Assembly (NCBI GenBank): GCA_039030515.1
Contig: JBCCEA010000009.1
Coordinates: 68,534-132,533 of the forward strand
Length of the DNA: 64,000 bases
Direction of reading: 5' to 3'
Source: Myxococcota bacterium
GTDB taxonomy: Bacteria; Myxococcota_A; Polyangia; Polyangiales; Houyiibacteriaceae
Position numbers and translations under genes: made by a program
Part shown: positions 9,694 to 20,767 of the stretch, one piece after another
How the letters are laid out: each line of letters opens with the position of its first letter
Numbering within the stretch: the first letter of the stretch is position 1
The notes under the pieces: model-generated
Told to the model about the DNA's origin: nothing
What the model saw: only the letters and a program-made list of their open reading frames with translations
The model's database searches: none

Positions 9694-10185
9694 ATGCAAA
9701 AACCCAAACAAAGAAAGCTCGCCTCCCGAGTGTTCACCTCTGCCGGCTGGGTGCTCGGAACGTTTCACGTTCCCGAGAAAGTTCCCTTTATGGAGTTCCT
9801 CAACGGCACTCAGGACTTTTTCACGCTTACCGAGGTCAAGCTTCCACGCCAAGGGCGACCGATGCCTTTTCTTGCCCTACAGCGAAGTGCGGCCGCCTTG
9901 ATCGTACCGGGTAAAGACGAATGGAATCGAGACGCCCGAAACATCGAGAACTGCCGTCGCGTATCCTGCCTTTTCGATGGAGGTCTCGTTCTGGGAACGC
10001 TCGAACTGCCTGAGGAAACGAGAGTCTCTGATCATCTGATGAGGAAACAACACTTTATCGTTCTGCGAAACTGTACGGTAGGACTCGATTTGGGAGACGT
10101 ACCATCGATGGAAGCCAATCCGATCGTGATTGCAAATACCGACAGAGTGATCGGCGTTGCCGAAATGGAATCAGAATCTGAGTGA
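9694..10185 (+). CDS. Hypothetical protein with two tandem DUF6812-like units
   Basis: Duplicated pattern: VLGTFHVP..FLN...FFTLTE versus VLGTLELP..RVSDHL..FIVLRN. Confidence 0.55.
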   Translation: MQKPKQRKLASRVFTSAGWVLGTFHVPEKVPFMEFLNGTQDFFTLTEVKLPRQGRPMPFLALQRSAAALIVPGKDEWNRDARNIENCRRVSCLFDGGLVLGTLELPEETRVSDHLMRKQHFIVLRNCTVGLDLGDVPSMEANPIVIANTDRVIGVAEMESESE

Positions 10186-10276
10186 CCTCGCAGGCGGGCT
10201 GAAACAGGCGTAAGAGGAGATCCAGGCCGGCCTGAGAACCAACCGCGCGGATGCACCGAGGTGCGAGCACCCGTGC

Positions 10277-11383
10277 TTGACCCGAGATTACGCCTATGAA
10301 AGTGTCGCCGTCATGCGTACTGGGTGCAGGGCGAGCTTGTATAGGGCCTTGGTTTTGGCCCCCCTGAGCTTGGCCGCCTGTTCTACCACGGACCCGACGA
10401 AGACAACGGCGAACCCACCTCAGGCCGCTACGGCCGAGAGCTTTCAAACCCCGAATCTCGCCCAGCAAGCTCATGAAGAGCACCGTAACCGCGGCGCCGA
10501 GCGAGACGAAAACCGGAGAGCTCAGCCTGTGGCCCGAGTAGATGAGGTCGACATCACCCTTGGCGAGTTCGAAGATGAGCTCAATGCCCAGGCGCCGATG
10601 CTTCGTCGCGGTTTCATGTCGGAGGAGAGCTTGAGGCGCCTGTTAGACAACCGGATTCGACTCGAACTATTGGCCGCGGAGGCAGTTCGCCAAAGGTACG
10701 ACCGGACACCACGAGTGATTCAGAGTACCAAACAGAATTCGGTGGAACATCTCATCCAAAGCCAGTTTGACCAGCAATGGACGCCCGCCTCTCTACCGCC
10801 GGAAGACATCCGTTCATATTACGATACCCATCGACAAGAATTCACCCGGCCGGAATTGGTTCGCGCGAGTCACATCCTGCTCGCGACATCGGAGGAAGCG
10901 GAGTCCACCTTGAACGAAGTGCGAGAGCTCGATCTGCGTGGATTTCGCAGCCGCGCCCGCGAGCGCAGTATCGATCAAGAAACAAGGCTGAGAGGAGGAG
11001 ACCTTCGTTACTTTTCTCGCGATGGACGACCTCCAAAGTCAGAGGACGCTCCGGTGGACTCCGCGATCGTAGAGGCCGCATTCGCGCTTTCCACGGTTGG
11101 AGAGGTGAGCCAGGTGATCCCGGTGGGAAACCACTTTTCGATCGTCAAGCTGACGGGTCGACGCTCCGGGGAAGTGGAGTCGTTTGAGCAAGCTGAAACG
11201 TCCATCCGTTCGCGTCTTTGGAGGATCAAACGACAGGGCGCGATCGACGATTTGGTCTCCGAATTGAGGGCTAAGGACCCGGTTAAGACACGTTACGAGA
11301 TGCTTGCCGAAATCAAACTCCTGCCAGAACTACCCCTGCCTGGCCTCACCCGTTCTCACCAAAACGATGGTCCGAGCGACTAG
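10277..11383 (+). CDS. PpiC/parvulin-type peptidyl-prolyl isomerase (PrsA-like lipoprotein)
   Basis: Lipobox LAAC; VRASHILL, RGGDLRYF, AAFAL...GEVSQVI motifs. Confidence 0.88.
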   Translation: MTRDYAYESVAVMRTGCRASLYRALVLAPLSLAACSTTDPTKTTANPPQAATAESFQTPNLAQQAHEEHRNRGAERDENRRAQPVARVDEVDITLGEFEDELNAQAPMLRRGFMSEESLRRLLDNRIRLELLAAEAVRQRYDRTPRVIQSTKQNSVEHLIQSQFDQQWTPASLPPEDIRSYYDTHRQEFTRPELVRASHILLATSEEAESTLNEVRELDLRGFRSRARERSIDQETRLRGGDLRYFSRDGRPPKSEDAPVDSAIVEAAFALSTVGEVSQVIPVGNHFSIVKLTGRRSGEVESFEQAETSIRSRLWRIKRQGAIDDLVSELRAKDPVKTRYEMLAEIKLLPELPLPGLTRSHQNDGPSD

Positions 11384-11480
11384 GGAAACCAGGCATCGAC
11401 CTGAGAAGGCACCCCAAGCGAGGATTCCGTTTCAAAAATCGAAAGAGAGTGCCGGCAAACCCTGGTTCGATAAGTCAAAG

Positions 11481-12956
11481 ATGATCGCAGACGACAAAAG
11501 CCGCGACATCGAGAGCGACAGGCCTGCTACGATTCTGGAGATGTCTTCATCGACACCAATGGCCCCTTCGCCAACGAAGGTCACCTATATCGACGGGCGA
11601 GCAGCAACGATAACACTACGCCGCTGCCGAATAGACGTTCTTCAAGGTGGAACTTGGGTTTCAAATACCTTCGATCGAGATCGAATCACCATCGGCGCAA
11701 CCGCCGACAACGATCTGGTCATCGACGATGAGACCGTGAGCCGCAACCACTGTCAGATCTTCGTCGAAGGCGAGCACTATATGATTCGCGACCTGGGTTC
11801 CACAAATGGAACCTTCGTCAATCGATTGCGGGTGCGCGAAGCCTGGTTGAAGCCTGAGTGTATCGTCACCCTCGGGAAAAGCGAAGTTCGGTTTCACGCT
11901 GTCGACGAAGAAGTACGGGTGGTTCCTTCAGACAAGCAGCGGTTTGGAGACGTGGTGGGCCGTAACGCCAAAATGCGTGAGGTGTACACCATCTTAGACA
12001 AGATCGCGCCCACTGACGCCACGGTGATTCTAGGCGGGGAAACCGGAACTGGTAAGGAAGTGGTAGCGCGAACCCTTCACCAGAAGTCGCGTCGTCGTGA
12101 CGGTCCCTTTATCGTCTTCGATTGTGGTGCGGTTCCCGAGAACCTTATTGAGAGCGAATTGTTTGGTCATGAAAAGGGGGCGTTTACCGGAGCGATCGGG
12201 ACGCGGCAGGGTGTTTTTGAACTCGCCCACGGCGGCACGGTCTTCCTTGACGAGCTCGGTGAACTGGCTCTCGATCTACAGCCCAAACTACTCCGCGTCC
12301 TCGAACAGCGTGAGGTAAAGCGGGTCGGAAGCGCAAAAGCGATCCGCCTCGACGTGCGCGTGATCGCCGCCACCAACCGTGATTTGGAAAAAGAGGTCCG
12401 CGCAGGACGCTTTCGTGAGGATCTGTTCTACCGGCTCAGTGTGGTGCGCGTTGTACTGCCCCCTTTGCGATCGCGACGAGAAGATATCCCTTTGTTGGTC
12501 GAGCATTTTCTGCGTACGAGCCGATTTAACCAGGATCGAAGCGGCCGCCCAAAACTCAATGAGGTTGCTCCCGAAACCATGGAATGCCTCATCCGGTACG
12601 ACTGGCCAGGAAACGTTCGAGAACTCTCGAACTGCATCGAACGGGCAGTGGGTTTCGCTGAAAGCGATCGAATCGAAGTTCAGGACCTGCCTGAACACGT
12701 CGCATTTGCTCGGCTCATCGGTCCAGACCCAAGCAACTTAGGTTCATCCCAAACATCAAAGGTCGATCGTTCGCCCATCCGACAAGGCTCATTTAAGGAC
12801 GCGAAAGAGCAATGGGTCTCGAGCTTTGAGCGCGACTACATCGAAGACGTCTTGAGACGCAACGAGGGTAATATCTCACATGCAGCTCGAGAGGCCGATA
12901 TCGATCGAAAGTACTTTCGCAAGCTCATGAAGAAATACGAGATCGAGAGCGAGTAG
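11481..12956 (+). CDS. FHA-domain sigma54-dependent transcriptional activator
   Basis: FHA ([12 protein letters not shown]); Walker [36 protein letters not shown]; Fis HTH. Start 11481 or 11541. Confidence 0.95.
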   Translation: MIADDKSRDIESDRPATILEMSSSTPMAPSPTKVTYIDGRAATITLRRCRIDVLQGGTWVSNTFDRDRITIGATADNDLVIDDETVSRNHCQIFVEGEHYMIRDLGSTNGTFVNRLRVREAWLKPECIVTLGKSEVRFHAVDEEVRVVPSDKQRFGDVVGRNAKMREVYTILDKIAPTDATVILGGETGTGKEVVARTLHQKSRRRDGPFIVFDCGAVPENLIESELFGHEKGAFTGAIGTRQGVFELAHGGTVFLDELGELALDLQPKLLRVLEQREVKRVGSAKAIRLDVRVIAATNRDLEKEVRAGRFREDLFYRLSVVRVVLPPLRSRREDIPLLVEHFLRTSRFNQDRSGRPKLNEVAPETMECLIRYDWPGNVRELSNCIERAVGFAESDRIEVQDLPEHVAFARLIGPDPSNLGSSQTSKVDRSPIRQGSFKDAKEQWVSSFERDYIEDVLRRNEGNISHAAREADIDRKYFRKLMKKYEIESE

Positions 12957-12963
12957 CGGAGGC

Positions 12964-14022
12964 TCAGGAACTCGGATGAAGGTGGTCACGCCACCTCCGC
13001 AGCATCGCACCCCAGGATTCCACCGATCCGGCTAACTCGAGCGCCATCACTGCCTCCGCCGCAGCACAGTCCGGGCGGATGCCCTGAGTCTCTAGGGTTT
13101 CTGCAAAACTTGAAGCCCATGCAGCCCTCGTGCATAAATCATCAAATGCAATGCGCAAACTGCCAAAAGCAACCCATTTGAGGCTCCAGATCTCGTCAGC
13201 GACCCAGTCGGCGATCACCTCCATTCTACTCCGCCTGACGGTCGGTCGAAGGGCAGCGCGCTCAAATGCCTCGGACCAAGGACGCCCGCGAATCGGCCTG
13301 TCGAATCCGTGGCGTCGCAAGATCGTGTCGGCAACCCATCCCATGGCGAAATCAAAACGAGAAGAGTGCTCTGGATCCAGCCATCGCTGAGCCCACGCCA
13401 CGTAGGTCTCACCGGGCACTTCCGGTTCAACCCGACCAGAAAGCACTCGGCAGGGGTCTTCACCCCGATTGAGTGCTGTTATCCACTCGATTTCACGCTC
13501 GCGATAGATCGCAAAGGGCACCCGCCGACCGTCCTCTAGCGGAACATCGACGATCGCCCTTTCAGCAACCGGTTCCTGCTGCTCATCCAAAATGGATAAG
13601 CTCGCTTCCTCCAAAGAAATGGCAGGCCGCGTGCCAACAGTACGGCAGGGACAACGATGCTCGGTGGTGATCCTGCCCCCAAGCGGGGTTGCCGTAAGTC
13701 CGTAAGGGTAACGACGACAGCTGGTGGGCTTTACCGGCGCGCCTAACTTCTGGTGTAAAATGCAACCATCTGGCTGCCAGAAAACACAAGTTCCATCGTC
13801 TTTAAAGCTAATGCAGTCCGCATCCTCAGCCTCTGCGCGAGATACCGCCTCAGGGGCCACAAGCGTCAGCAGTTGAGACTCATCGTCGCTTAGAGGACCG
13901 ATGCCGTGAATGTCGCTACAGCACAGCCCGTCTCCAAGACAGAGAAACCCTGCGCCAGGTCTGGTCTGCAGGGGCTCGAGTCGCGGCTCGTCTGCGAGAT
14001 CAGTCGGGAGCATCGGTCGCAT
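12964..14022 (-). CDS. YkgJ/FliB-like Cys-cluster (Zn/Fe-chelating) protein
   Basis: CLGDGLCC...CVFW...CILH..LG...KPTSCRRYP motif. Confidence 0.7.
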   Translation of the reverse strand: MRPMLPTDLADEPRLEPLQTRPGAGFLCLGDGLCCSDIHGIGPLSDDESQLLTLVAPEAVSRAEAEDADCISFKDDGTCVFWQPDGCILHQKLGAPVKPTSCRRYPYGLTATPLGGRITTEHRCPCRTVGTRPAISLEEASLSILDEQQEPVAERAIVDVPLEDGRRVPFAIYREREIEWITALNRGEDPCRVLSGRVEPEVPGETYVAWAQRWLDPEHSSRFDFAMGWVADTILRRHGFDRPIRGRPWSEAFERAALRPTVRRSRMEVIADWVADEIWSLKWVAFGSLRIAFDDLCTRAAWASSFAETLETQGIRPDCAAAEAVMALELAGSVESWGAMLRRWRDHLHPSS

Positions 14023-16210
14023 CGGAGTGCGTAGTCGAACGCGCAGGCGTTCCAAAATCCACCGAGCGAACGAGCAGTTCAGCCAGATCCAACTGCTGAA
14101 TCTCCTCGTCTTTCTCTTGGGCCTTAAGGCCATCGCTGAGCATCGTCATGCAGAAAGGACATCCGGAGGCGACGGTGGTGGCTCCAGTGTCGAGCAGCTG
14201 AAGGGTGCGCTTCGCATTGACTCGGTTTTCGTTCTGCTCTTCCATCCACATCTGAGCTCCCCCTGCGCCGCAGCAGAGCCCCCTATTGCGATTCCAGTAA
14301 TCCACTTCACGTAGCTGCACACCTGGAATGGATTCGAGAACCTGACGTGGAGAGTCGTACACCTGATTGTACCGCCCTAGATAGCAACTGTCGTGGAAGA
14401 CGACTTCTCCCTCGACAGGCTTTGTGGGGCGAATCTTGCCGGCTGAGATCAGGCCGTTGAGAAACTCGCTATGATGCACTACCTGAAAGTGTCCGCCGAA
14501 CTGGCTATATTCATTGGCAATCGTATTGAAGCAGTGTGGACACGCAGTGATTACGGTTTTGCTTGCCACCTCGTACCCATTCATGGTCTCAACGTTCTGC
14601 TCCGCCATCATCTGGAAGAGATACTCGTTACCTGCTCGGCGGGCAGGATCTCCAGTGCAAGTTTCCTCTGTGCCGAGGATGGCAAAATCGACGCCGGCAT
14701 GGTGCAGCAGCTTGGCTACCGAGCGAGCAACCTTTTTCGCGCGATCATCGAACGACGCTGCGCATCCCACCCAGTAAAGAACATCTGCGTGTGGATGCTC
14801 GGCGAGCGTTGGGATCTGAATTCCCTCTGAGCGCAGGGTATCGGTCCAATCACCGCGATCGAGCGAGGAGAGATTCCATGGATTGCCGTTGGTCTCGATC
14901 CCCTGAAACGCTCCCATCAGCTCGGTTGGGAACTCATTTTTCATCATGACCTCTTCGCGCCGCATGCCGACGATCTTGTCGACGTAGCTGATCATGACGG
15001 GACACTGTTCTTCACAGGCGCGGCAGCTGGTGCAGGCCCAGATCACATCCGGGTGCAACACGTTGGGTACCAACTCAAGTTCCGGATCCATTTGGAGAAA
15101 GTATCCCCCTGCGGGAGGCTTCGGGAAGGTGTGGATTTCCTCCCCATCTTCAGGTGTGTTCGGCGCTTGAGGTGCGTCACCCGGCTCGACAACCGCATCG
15201 GAAAACATATGGCCTTCAGACGCGTACAGATGATCTCTCAGAGCCAAGGTAAAATGCTTTGGGGAGAGCTTCTTGTCGGTGATGTAGGCGGGGCAGTTGT
15301 CACTACAACGACCACATTCCGTGCAGGTATACAGATCGAGGATGTGGTTCCAGCTGAGATCGCGCACTTTCGCCACGCCCAAGGACTCTTCGCGCTCCAC
15401 CTTTCCTTCTAGGTCATCCACCTTCGGCAGTGCCGCTGGGTTGCGCGGATAGGTGAAGACATTTGGAATCGCGGTGATCACGTGAAAATGCTTGGAATAA
15501 GGAAGTAGATTGAGAAAGATCAGGACAAAAGCTGCATGCCACCAAAAACCCACATGCTCGATCATCTTCAGCGTTGATCGGCTTTCGATGCCCGCAAAGC
15601 CCATTCCGAACAGGGAACCAATCGGCTCAGCGGGGTGAAAGTGGGTCGTGTGCCCGAGCGCCTGTGCCTCCAGGGCGAGCTGGGCGCCCACGTAGGCGAA
15701 ATCTGCGATCATCATGGTTCCGATGATTCCCAAAATGATCAAACCTTCGATACCCAAGGTCATCCTTGGGCGACCGACCACGCTGTCGGCTCCCTTGAGG
15801 CCCACCCGGTAGTAGATGAACACACTCACTCCGACGAGGACCCCCGCAGCGAACACTTCTTTTAGAAACGAGTATCCGTCACCGAGCAGAGTTCCGCGCG
15901 CAAAGAGCCCCCAGAAATCAAAATATGGATCGAAACCGCGCCCCCACAGGATGACGCTGTTGAGTGCGAGCACCATGAAGCCGCCGAAGATCGCCATGTG
16001 CGCCAAACCGGCCAGGCGGTAGTACGGCATTTTTCGCTGACCAAATGCGTAGATGAAGGTATCTCGGATGCGATCGACCAGAAGCGTTCCCTCGATGGAA
16101 AATGTCGGATCGAATGCGCCCTCCGAAAGCTGTCGCATACGACGAAATGTCGACCACGAAAAGAAGGCCAGGGTCGTGCTTAGCAAAAGCGTCATACCGA
16201 TCGCACTCAT
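14000..16210 (-). CDS. Membrane-bound Fe-S oxidoreductase (FadF/GlpC/HdrD-like)
   Basis: N-terminal TM helices; CTECGRCSDNCP and CTSCRACEEQCP ferredoxin motifs; CCG domains (HDSCYLGR, CCGAGG, CPFC). Confidence 0.9.
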   Translation of the reverse strand: MSAIGMTLLLSTTLAFFSWSTFRRMRQLSEGAFDPTFSIEGTLLVDRIRDTFIYAFGQRKMPYYRLAGLAHMAIFGGFMVLALNSVILWGRGFDPYFDFWGLFARGTLLGDGYSFLKEVFAAGVLVGVSVFIYYRVGLKGADSVVGRPRMTLGIEGLIILGIIGTMMIADFAYVGAQLALEAQALGHTTHFHPAEPIGSLFGMGFAGIESRSTLKMIEHVGFWWHAAFVLIFLNLLPYSKHFHVITAIPNVFTYPRNPAALPKVDDLEGKVEREESLGVAKVRDLSWNHILDLYTCTECGRCSDNCPAYITDKKLSPKHFTLALRDHLYASEGHMFSDAVVEPGDAPQAPNTPEDGEEIHTFPKPPAGGYFLQMDPELELVPNVLHPDVIWACTSCRACEEQCPVMISYVDKIVGMRREEVMMKNEFPTELMGAFQGIETNGNPWNLSSLDRGDWTDTLRSEGIQIPTLAEHPHADVLYWVGCAASFDDRAKKVARSVAKLLHHAGVDFAILGTEETCTGDPARRAGNEYLFQMMAEQNVETMNGYEVASKTVITACPHCFNTIANEYSQFGGHFQVVHHSEFLNGLISAGKIRPTKPVEGEVVFHDSCYLGRYNQVYDSPRQVLESIPGVQLREVDYWNRNRGLCCGAGGAQMWMEEQNENRVNAKRTLQLLDTGATTVASGCPFCMTMLSDGLKAQEKDEEIQQLDLAELLVRSVDFGTPARSTTHSDATDAPD

Positions 16211-16320
16211 GATGTTCTCCTAGAGCCGGAAAGTTGAAGCTGGATCCTGGGCACTGACCCGAGAACGCTCCTTCTGGAAATGTTGTAGTTTTCGAGGGTT
16301 CTATCGGCGGTTTGGGCAAC

Positions 16321-16872
16321 CTATCTAGGTAGCTTCGCGTCAAAGAACGCTCGCAGTTTGATAAGGTTTTTTTGCTCTTTCGCAAAACCCGGTGGTTCGT
16401 AGTTTTTGGAAAAAAGTTCCACTTCACTGATAAATTCTGCTCGAAGTGTCTTGTCACGAACGATATCGGCGACAGCTCTCCCTCGGGCAGAACCCTGCCT
16501 GAGACCTTGAACGTAGGATTCGAGCCTCGCAAAGTCCTCCCCAAGAAAGGCGCGAATCGGTTCGCATTGATCCGCGAGTGCGACTGCTGGCTGGAGCACT
16601 TCTTTCCCTACCCCGGCAAGGTCCTCACGAAGCGACTGCGCTGCAGCAACCCGTAGCACGATGGCGTCGTCGAGATAGCCGATATCGTCGATTCCGTCCG
16701 GAATCAGATCGAGTGACTTGAACAGGTAGTTCAGTCCCCCGGCAACCGCTTCTACGACAGGGTCAGGCACGCCGTCGTGACGGAGCAAATTGGTCATCAA
16801 CTGTGCGTCCTCGCCGAGTTGGCTGAGCCACGTGGGGAATAGGTCCAAATATTTCTCGTCCTCTTCACTCAT
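16321..16872 (-). CDS. DUF1232 (YkvA-like) protein
   Basis: YLFKSLDLIPDGIDDIGYLDD motif. Confidence 0.8.
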   Translation of the reverse strand: MSEEDEKYLDLFPTWLSQLGEDAQLMTNLLRHDGVPDPVVEAVAGGLNYLFKSLDLIPDGIDDIGYLDDAIVLRVAAAQSLREDLAGVGKEVLQPAVALADQCEPIRAFLGEDFARLESYVQGLRQGSARGRAVADIVRDKTLRAEFISEVELFSKNYEPPGFAKEQKNLIKLRAFFDAKLPR

Positions 16873-16962
16873 AATCGCTGGCTCTCCGAACCTTGGATGG
16901 CGCCCCGACGCCGGCCAGGGCGATCATCATAAGCAGGGAAGCTCTTTCGTTCAACAGACTCG

Positions 16963-18141
16963 GTGCGATCGATTTCAGAAGATGCAGGGATATTATATCG
17001 TCCTTTGGTGTATCCGCGGATTCCGGTCACAGGGACATGCTATTGGTTGATCTCAACCAGGGTGATCGCGATCTTCTCGATCACCGCTGCGTTCGGCTGC
17101 GCAAAAGTCGATTCCCGCGTTCCCATCAAGCGTCGACTTGAAGGAGTTTCGCGGCAGGGAGTGTTCGTTTCACCCTTTGCCTACCAGCACTTCCTACAGT
17201 CAGAATTGGCGGTCGCTCGAGGCGACTATCGGTTGGCCATTGAGGAGTTGAAACTCGCCCGTGCAGGTCCCTGGGACGATCCCTTCCTTATCGCTCGCCT
17301 CGCCGACCTCTTGGATCGGGCAGGAAACCAAGACGACGCCGATCGGATAATCGAGGCTGGGATACGCGCGCACCCGAGCGCAGAAAGCGTCTACCTCGCC
17401 CAAGGAGCTATCGCTCTGCGACGCGATGAGCCAGCTAAGGCTGCCCTCGCGTTCGCTAACGCAGCACGTGTAGAACCCGGCTCACCGAGGGGACCACTCG
17501 CGCTCAGCCGACTTCTTCACCTTTCGGGTAACGCGACGCTAGGCGATGCCATACTCGCGACGCATTTACAGCGAAATCCAGACAGCGATCTCTGGGTCTT
17601 TGAAACTCGAGCGGAGCTAGCGCTCGCAAACGGTTCCGTAGACAATCTGCTGCTGGCGCTTCGGGCACTGCAGGAACAGACCGAACTCCGCTCCGGCTTG
17701 CTAAAACGAGCTGTCGAGCTGGCCATGGCCCAGTCCCGCCCCCTGGTCGCGCTTGAAATTCTCGATCTCGACCCCGACATGCTGCCCTCTCAGAGATTTG
17801 CCGCGCTCCGTACACTGGGCCGTGGCAGCGAGGCGATGGCGGTGGTCTTGCAAGGTCATCCCGAGTACGCCGCCGAAAACCTTCGAGCACAAGCGTTCTT
17901 GGAGCTGGGACATGCTTCGCTCGCGCTCGACTTACTGGCCCCTTTGAGTAGATCGCCGAAACGCCGTTTGATTCTAGGCAAAGCACTGATCCAGCTATGT
18001 AGGTATGCAGAAGCTGCGGAGGAACTCAGCGCTATTCCGTTCGGCGCTTCTGTGTTTGTCGAGGCACGGCTCAAGCTTGCCGAAGCGCTGAGCGGAGCCG
18101 GAGTTTCTGAACTAGCCGCCGGAATACTTGTACGACCCTAA
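16963..18141 (+). CDS. TPR-repeat lipoprotein
   Basis: AAFGC lipobox and Ala/Leu-rich TPR-like helices. True start probably about 17045. Confidence 0.65.
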   Translation: MRSISEDAGILYRPLVYPRIPVTGTCYWLISTRVIAIFSITAAFGCAKVDSRVPIKRRLEGVSRQGVFVSPFAYQHFLQSELAVARGDYRLAIEELKLARAGPWDDPFLIARLADLLDRAGNQDDADRIIEAGIRAHPSAESVYLAQGAIALRRDEPAKAALAFANAARVEPGSPRGPLALSRLLHLSGNATLGDAILATHLQRNPDSDLWVFETRAELALANGSVDNLLLALRALQEQTELRSGLLKRAVELAMAQSRPLVALEILDLDPDMLPSQRFAALRTLGRGSEAMAVVLQGHPEYAAENLRAQAFLELGHASLALDLLAPLSRSPKRRLILGKALIQLCRYAEAAEELSAIPFGASVFVEARLKLAEALSGAGVSELAAGILVRP

Positions 18142-18234
18142 TCGTGCATTCGGTGTCGAATATTCGTTCGACCGCGAATTTGAACCAAAACACCCTGAGC
18201 CGGAATACTTTGAGGCCAGTGCAGCACTTGCGCT

Positions 18235-18843
18235 CTAGTAATCGCCGAAAAGATCCTGAATACGCACGTCAAGAGCAGTAGCTATTTTGTAAAGTGAGCT
18301 TATCGACGCACTCGACTCAGCTCGTTCTATTTGGGATAGAAGCGATACCGAAAGCCCGGTACGTCGAGCAGACTGCTTCAACGTCAAGCCACGTTCCTTA
18401 CGGAGCCCGCGAATGGTCTCGCCGATCACTCGATGAAGATTTTCTTCGGGGGTGCGAAGGAGCCCCTTCTTACGCATCACTCGATCGAGCACGTCTCGGA
18501 ATTCGTCGGGATTGAAAGGCTTTTGCAGGTAGTCGACCGCATCCATCTTCATCGACTGCACTGCGCTTTCGAGTTTCGGGTAGCCGGTGAAGATAACCAC
18601 TGCAACGTCGGTATCCACCTTTCGAATGCGCCCTAAAACCTCTAAACCGTCCGTTCCAGGCATCATTAGATCGAGGACAACCAGATGATAGCCGCCGGAC
18701 TTAACGGCGTCTGGGACGTCGTCCGGATTCGACATCGTGTCGACATCAAATCCATCCTTGGTCAGGAACGTGTCCATGAACTCGAGGATTGCCTGATCGT
18801 CGTCTACCACCAAAATGCGAACGGTTTGTACAGCTCTTGACAT
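18235..18843 (-). CDS. Response regulator with C-terminal XRE-type HTH
   Basis: [15 protein letters not shown] receiver; [23 protein letters not shown]_3. Start moved downstream of the tRNA; GGGAG RBS present. Confidence 0.9.
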   Translation of the reverse strand: MSRAVQTVRILVVDDDQAILEFMDTFLTKDGFDVDTMSNPDDVPDAVKSGGYHLVVLDLMMPGTDGLEVLGRIRKVDTDVAVVIFTGYPKLESAVQSMKMDAVDYLQKPFNPDEFRDVLDRVMRKKGLLRTPEENLHRVIGETIRGLRKERGLTLKQSARRTGLSVSLLSQIERAESSASISSLYKIATALDVRIQDLFGDY

Positions 18844-18878
18844 GGTTGCTCCCGTCATCGTTGTCCCGAACATTTCGG

Positions 18879-18952
18879 TCGGGGCGAGAGGATTTGAACC
18901 TCCGGCCTCATGGTCCCGAACCATGCGCGCTACCAAGCTGCGCCACGCCCCG
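18879..18952 (-). tRNA. tRNA-Pro (anticodon CGG)
   Basis: CGGGGCG acceptor stem; D arm GCGCAGCTTGGTAGCGC; anticodon arm CATGG-TTCGGGA-CCATG; T arm GGTTCAAATCC. Followed by CCG, so CCA is not encoded. Confidence 0.95.
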
Positions 18953-18968
18953 ATTTCAGTGTAGTTGG

Positions 18969-18997
18969 AACCTAGCCTTCGGTTCGAGGTAAGTCAA
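18969..18997 (-). promoter_or_regulatory. Sigma70-type promoter for tRNA-Pro
   Basis: TTGACT-N17-TAGGTT ending 16 bp before the tRNA 5' end. Confidence 0.55.
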
Positions 18998-19131
18998 ACC
19001 GGACCTAGCGGGCGAGAGTCTTGCCGTGCTGGTGCAGACTTCGTCTAATTATTCGCCAAATTTGGCCGAAGAACATCCAAAACGACCCGGCGACAGGGCG
19101 TCGAACCGCGCGGATTCGGGACGTCATACGC

Positions 19132-20478
19132 CTATCCCGATAGATCCGCGCTGGGATCGCCACGCTGGAATAAGTAGATCTGATAGTTGTCGAGATCCGA
19201 CTGAGAGTCACCCAGTCGAAGGCCACCGTCGGAGCCTATCAGGGTAGAAAAATGCGCCACCGGAGGCGCTGGCATGCTCCAGCCCGACCGTTCGGCGAGG
19301 AACCTGGATGCGACCTCGGCACCCTCGGAGGGGTGAGGAGAGCAAACCGAGTAACAAAGGATGCCTCCCGGTTTCAATAGGGTGGAGACGTGCTCCAGAA
19401 TAGAATGCTGTAGGACGGCCATCCGGCTTGGGTCTTCTGGCTTCAACCGCAACAGAAGCTCCGGGCGTCGAGCCACCGTGCCGAGCCCGGTGCAGGGCGC
19501 ATCCACCAGGATGTGATCAAAACGTTCTTCAGAAAGCCCTAGCGTTCCGGATGCAAAGTCGACCGTTCGAGTGTCGAGAGGGGTCTGAAGCCCGAGACGC
19601 CGGTATTCTCGCCGAAGCGACTTCAGCTTCCCGCCGTGAAGATCGGTCGCAACCACGGATGCCGCGGACTGAAGCAGCTGCATTGTCTTACTTCCGTGTC
19701 CAGCGCAGGCATCCAAGACGCGACCCTTGGCGAGAAGCGCGGAAATCTCTCCCACACGCTGAGATCCTCGCTCCTGAATGACAAACTGACCCGTGGCATA
19801 ACCGGGCCACTCACGAGGATCGGCCGCACCAAGTACCGAGAGGGCACAGGGCAACTCCTCGTCCGAGGCGACCTCCGCATGGGGTTGGAATTCCAGCAGT
19901 CGCTCGATGAATTCCGAGCGATCGATCCCGCACAGCCGGACGCCTAGGGGAGGCGGCATCGACTTCGGCGACACGCGCCGCAGGAGAGAATATTCGCCAG
20001 AGCGATCGAGCAGCTGGTGGCTTAGCCAAGCCGGAAGCTCGAGCAGCTCGGATGGTGTCTCGCCTTCCACGCGCTGAATTTTGCGAAGCACCGCATTGAC
20101 AAATCCTCCCAACTTCTTGCCGCGTTTGCGCTGCACGATGGAAACCGTCTCATGTACCACCGCGCGAGGCGGCACCCTGGTCAGGTAGAGAATCTGATAT
20201 GCCGCCGCTCGAAGGGCAGTGCGGACCCAAGGGTCGGTACGCTTTGGCCGAGAGCAATGCGGCTCGAGTGCGCGATCCAGGCTGGGAACCACCCGCAGGG
20301 CTCCGTACACGATCTGCGTCAGGAGAGCGGCATCTCTCTGCTGCAACATTCCGCGACGGATGGCGGCGTCGAGCGTCGGCATTGCGTACGCACCCTCTTC
20401 AAAAACTCGGTGCAAAACGTGAATCGCGATTTCGCGACTTGAAACGGCTTCAACGCTCATGTTGGAGATCACACTCAT
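19132..20478 (-). CDS. rsmB: 16S rRNA m5C967 methyltransferase RsmB/Sun
   Basis: NusB-like N-terminus (GFVNAVLR); VLDACAGHGSKT; LVDAPCTGLG; YSVCS. Confidence 0.9.
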   Translation of the reverse strand: MSVISNMSVEAVSSREIAIHVLHRVFEEGAYAMPTLDAAIRRGMLQQRDAALLTQIVYGALRVVPSLDRALEPHCSRPKRTDPWVRTALRAAAYQILYLTRVPPRAVVHETVSIVQRKRGKKLGGFVNAVLRKIQRVEGETPSELLELPAWLSHQLLDRSGEYSLLRRVSPKSMPPPLGVRLCGIDRSEFIERLLEFQPHAEVASDEELPCALSVLGAADPREWPGYATGQFVIQERGSQRVGEISALLAKGRVLDACAGHGSKTMQLLQSAASVVATDLHGGKLKSLRREYRRLGLQTPLDTRTVDFASGTLGLSEERFDHILVDAPCTGLGTVARRPELLLRLKPEDPSRMAVLQHSILEHVSTLLKPGGILCYSVCSPHPSEGAEVASRFLAERSGWSMPAPPVAHFSTLIGSDGGLRLGDSQSDLDNYQIYLFQRGDPSADLSG

Positions 20479-20714
20479 CTCGCATCAGGTCGACCGTTCA
20501 ACGAAATCGAGCCGCACCACAAGGCACAACAGACCTCTCTTCCGCTGTCCGACCGATCACATCCTGTGCTCGCGACCCAATACTGAAGGCTCCGCGTAGA
20601 ACGTGCCATCGCTTCCGCAATGGGCCCAACGCTTGGATCAGGCGGAGCCTTCTCTACGCAAGGCGTGTCAGTTGCCTTAAGCGCTTTCGAGCTTGTTTTG
20701 GAACGTGTGGCCAA
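20475..20714 (-). CDS. Possible small Cys-containing protein
   Basis: Stop overlaps the rsmB start (ATGA); no recognisable domain. Confidence 0.3.
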   Translation of the reverse strand: MATRSKTSSKALKATDTPCVEKAPPDPSVGPIAEAMARSTRSLQYWVASTGCDRSDSGREVCCALWCGSISLNGRPDAR

Positions 20715-20767
20715 GACATTGCAACCAATACGACAAGCCGATTTTTAAGTGCTACTAGTGTCACTTA

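Noticed and set aside
18844..18936. N-terminal extension of the 233-aa ORF
   Set aside because: It overlaps the tRNA gene; the real start is downstream with its own RBS.
18879..18952. tRNA as attachment site of an integrated element
   Set aside because: No integrase and no duplicated tRNA 3' end noticed; flanking genes look like core genes.
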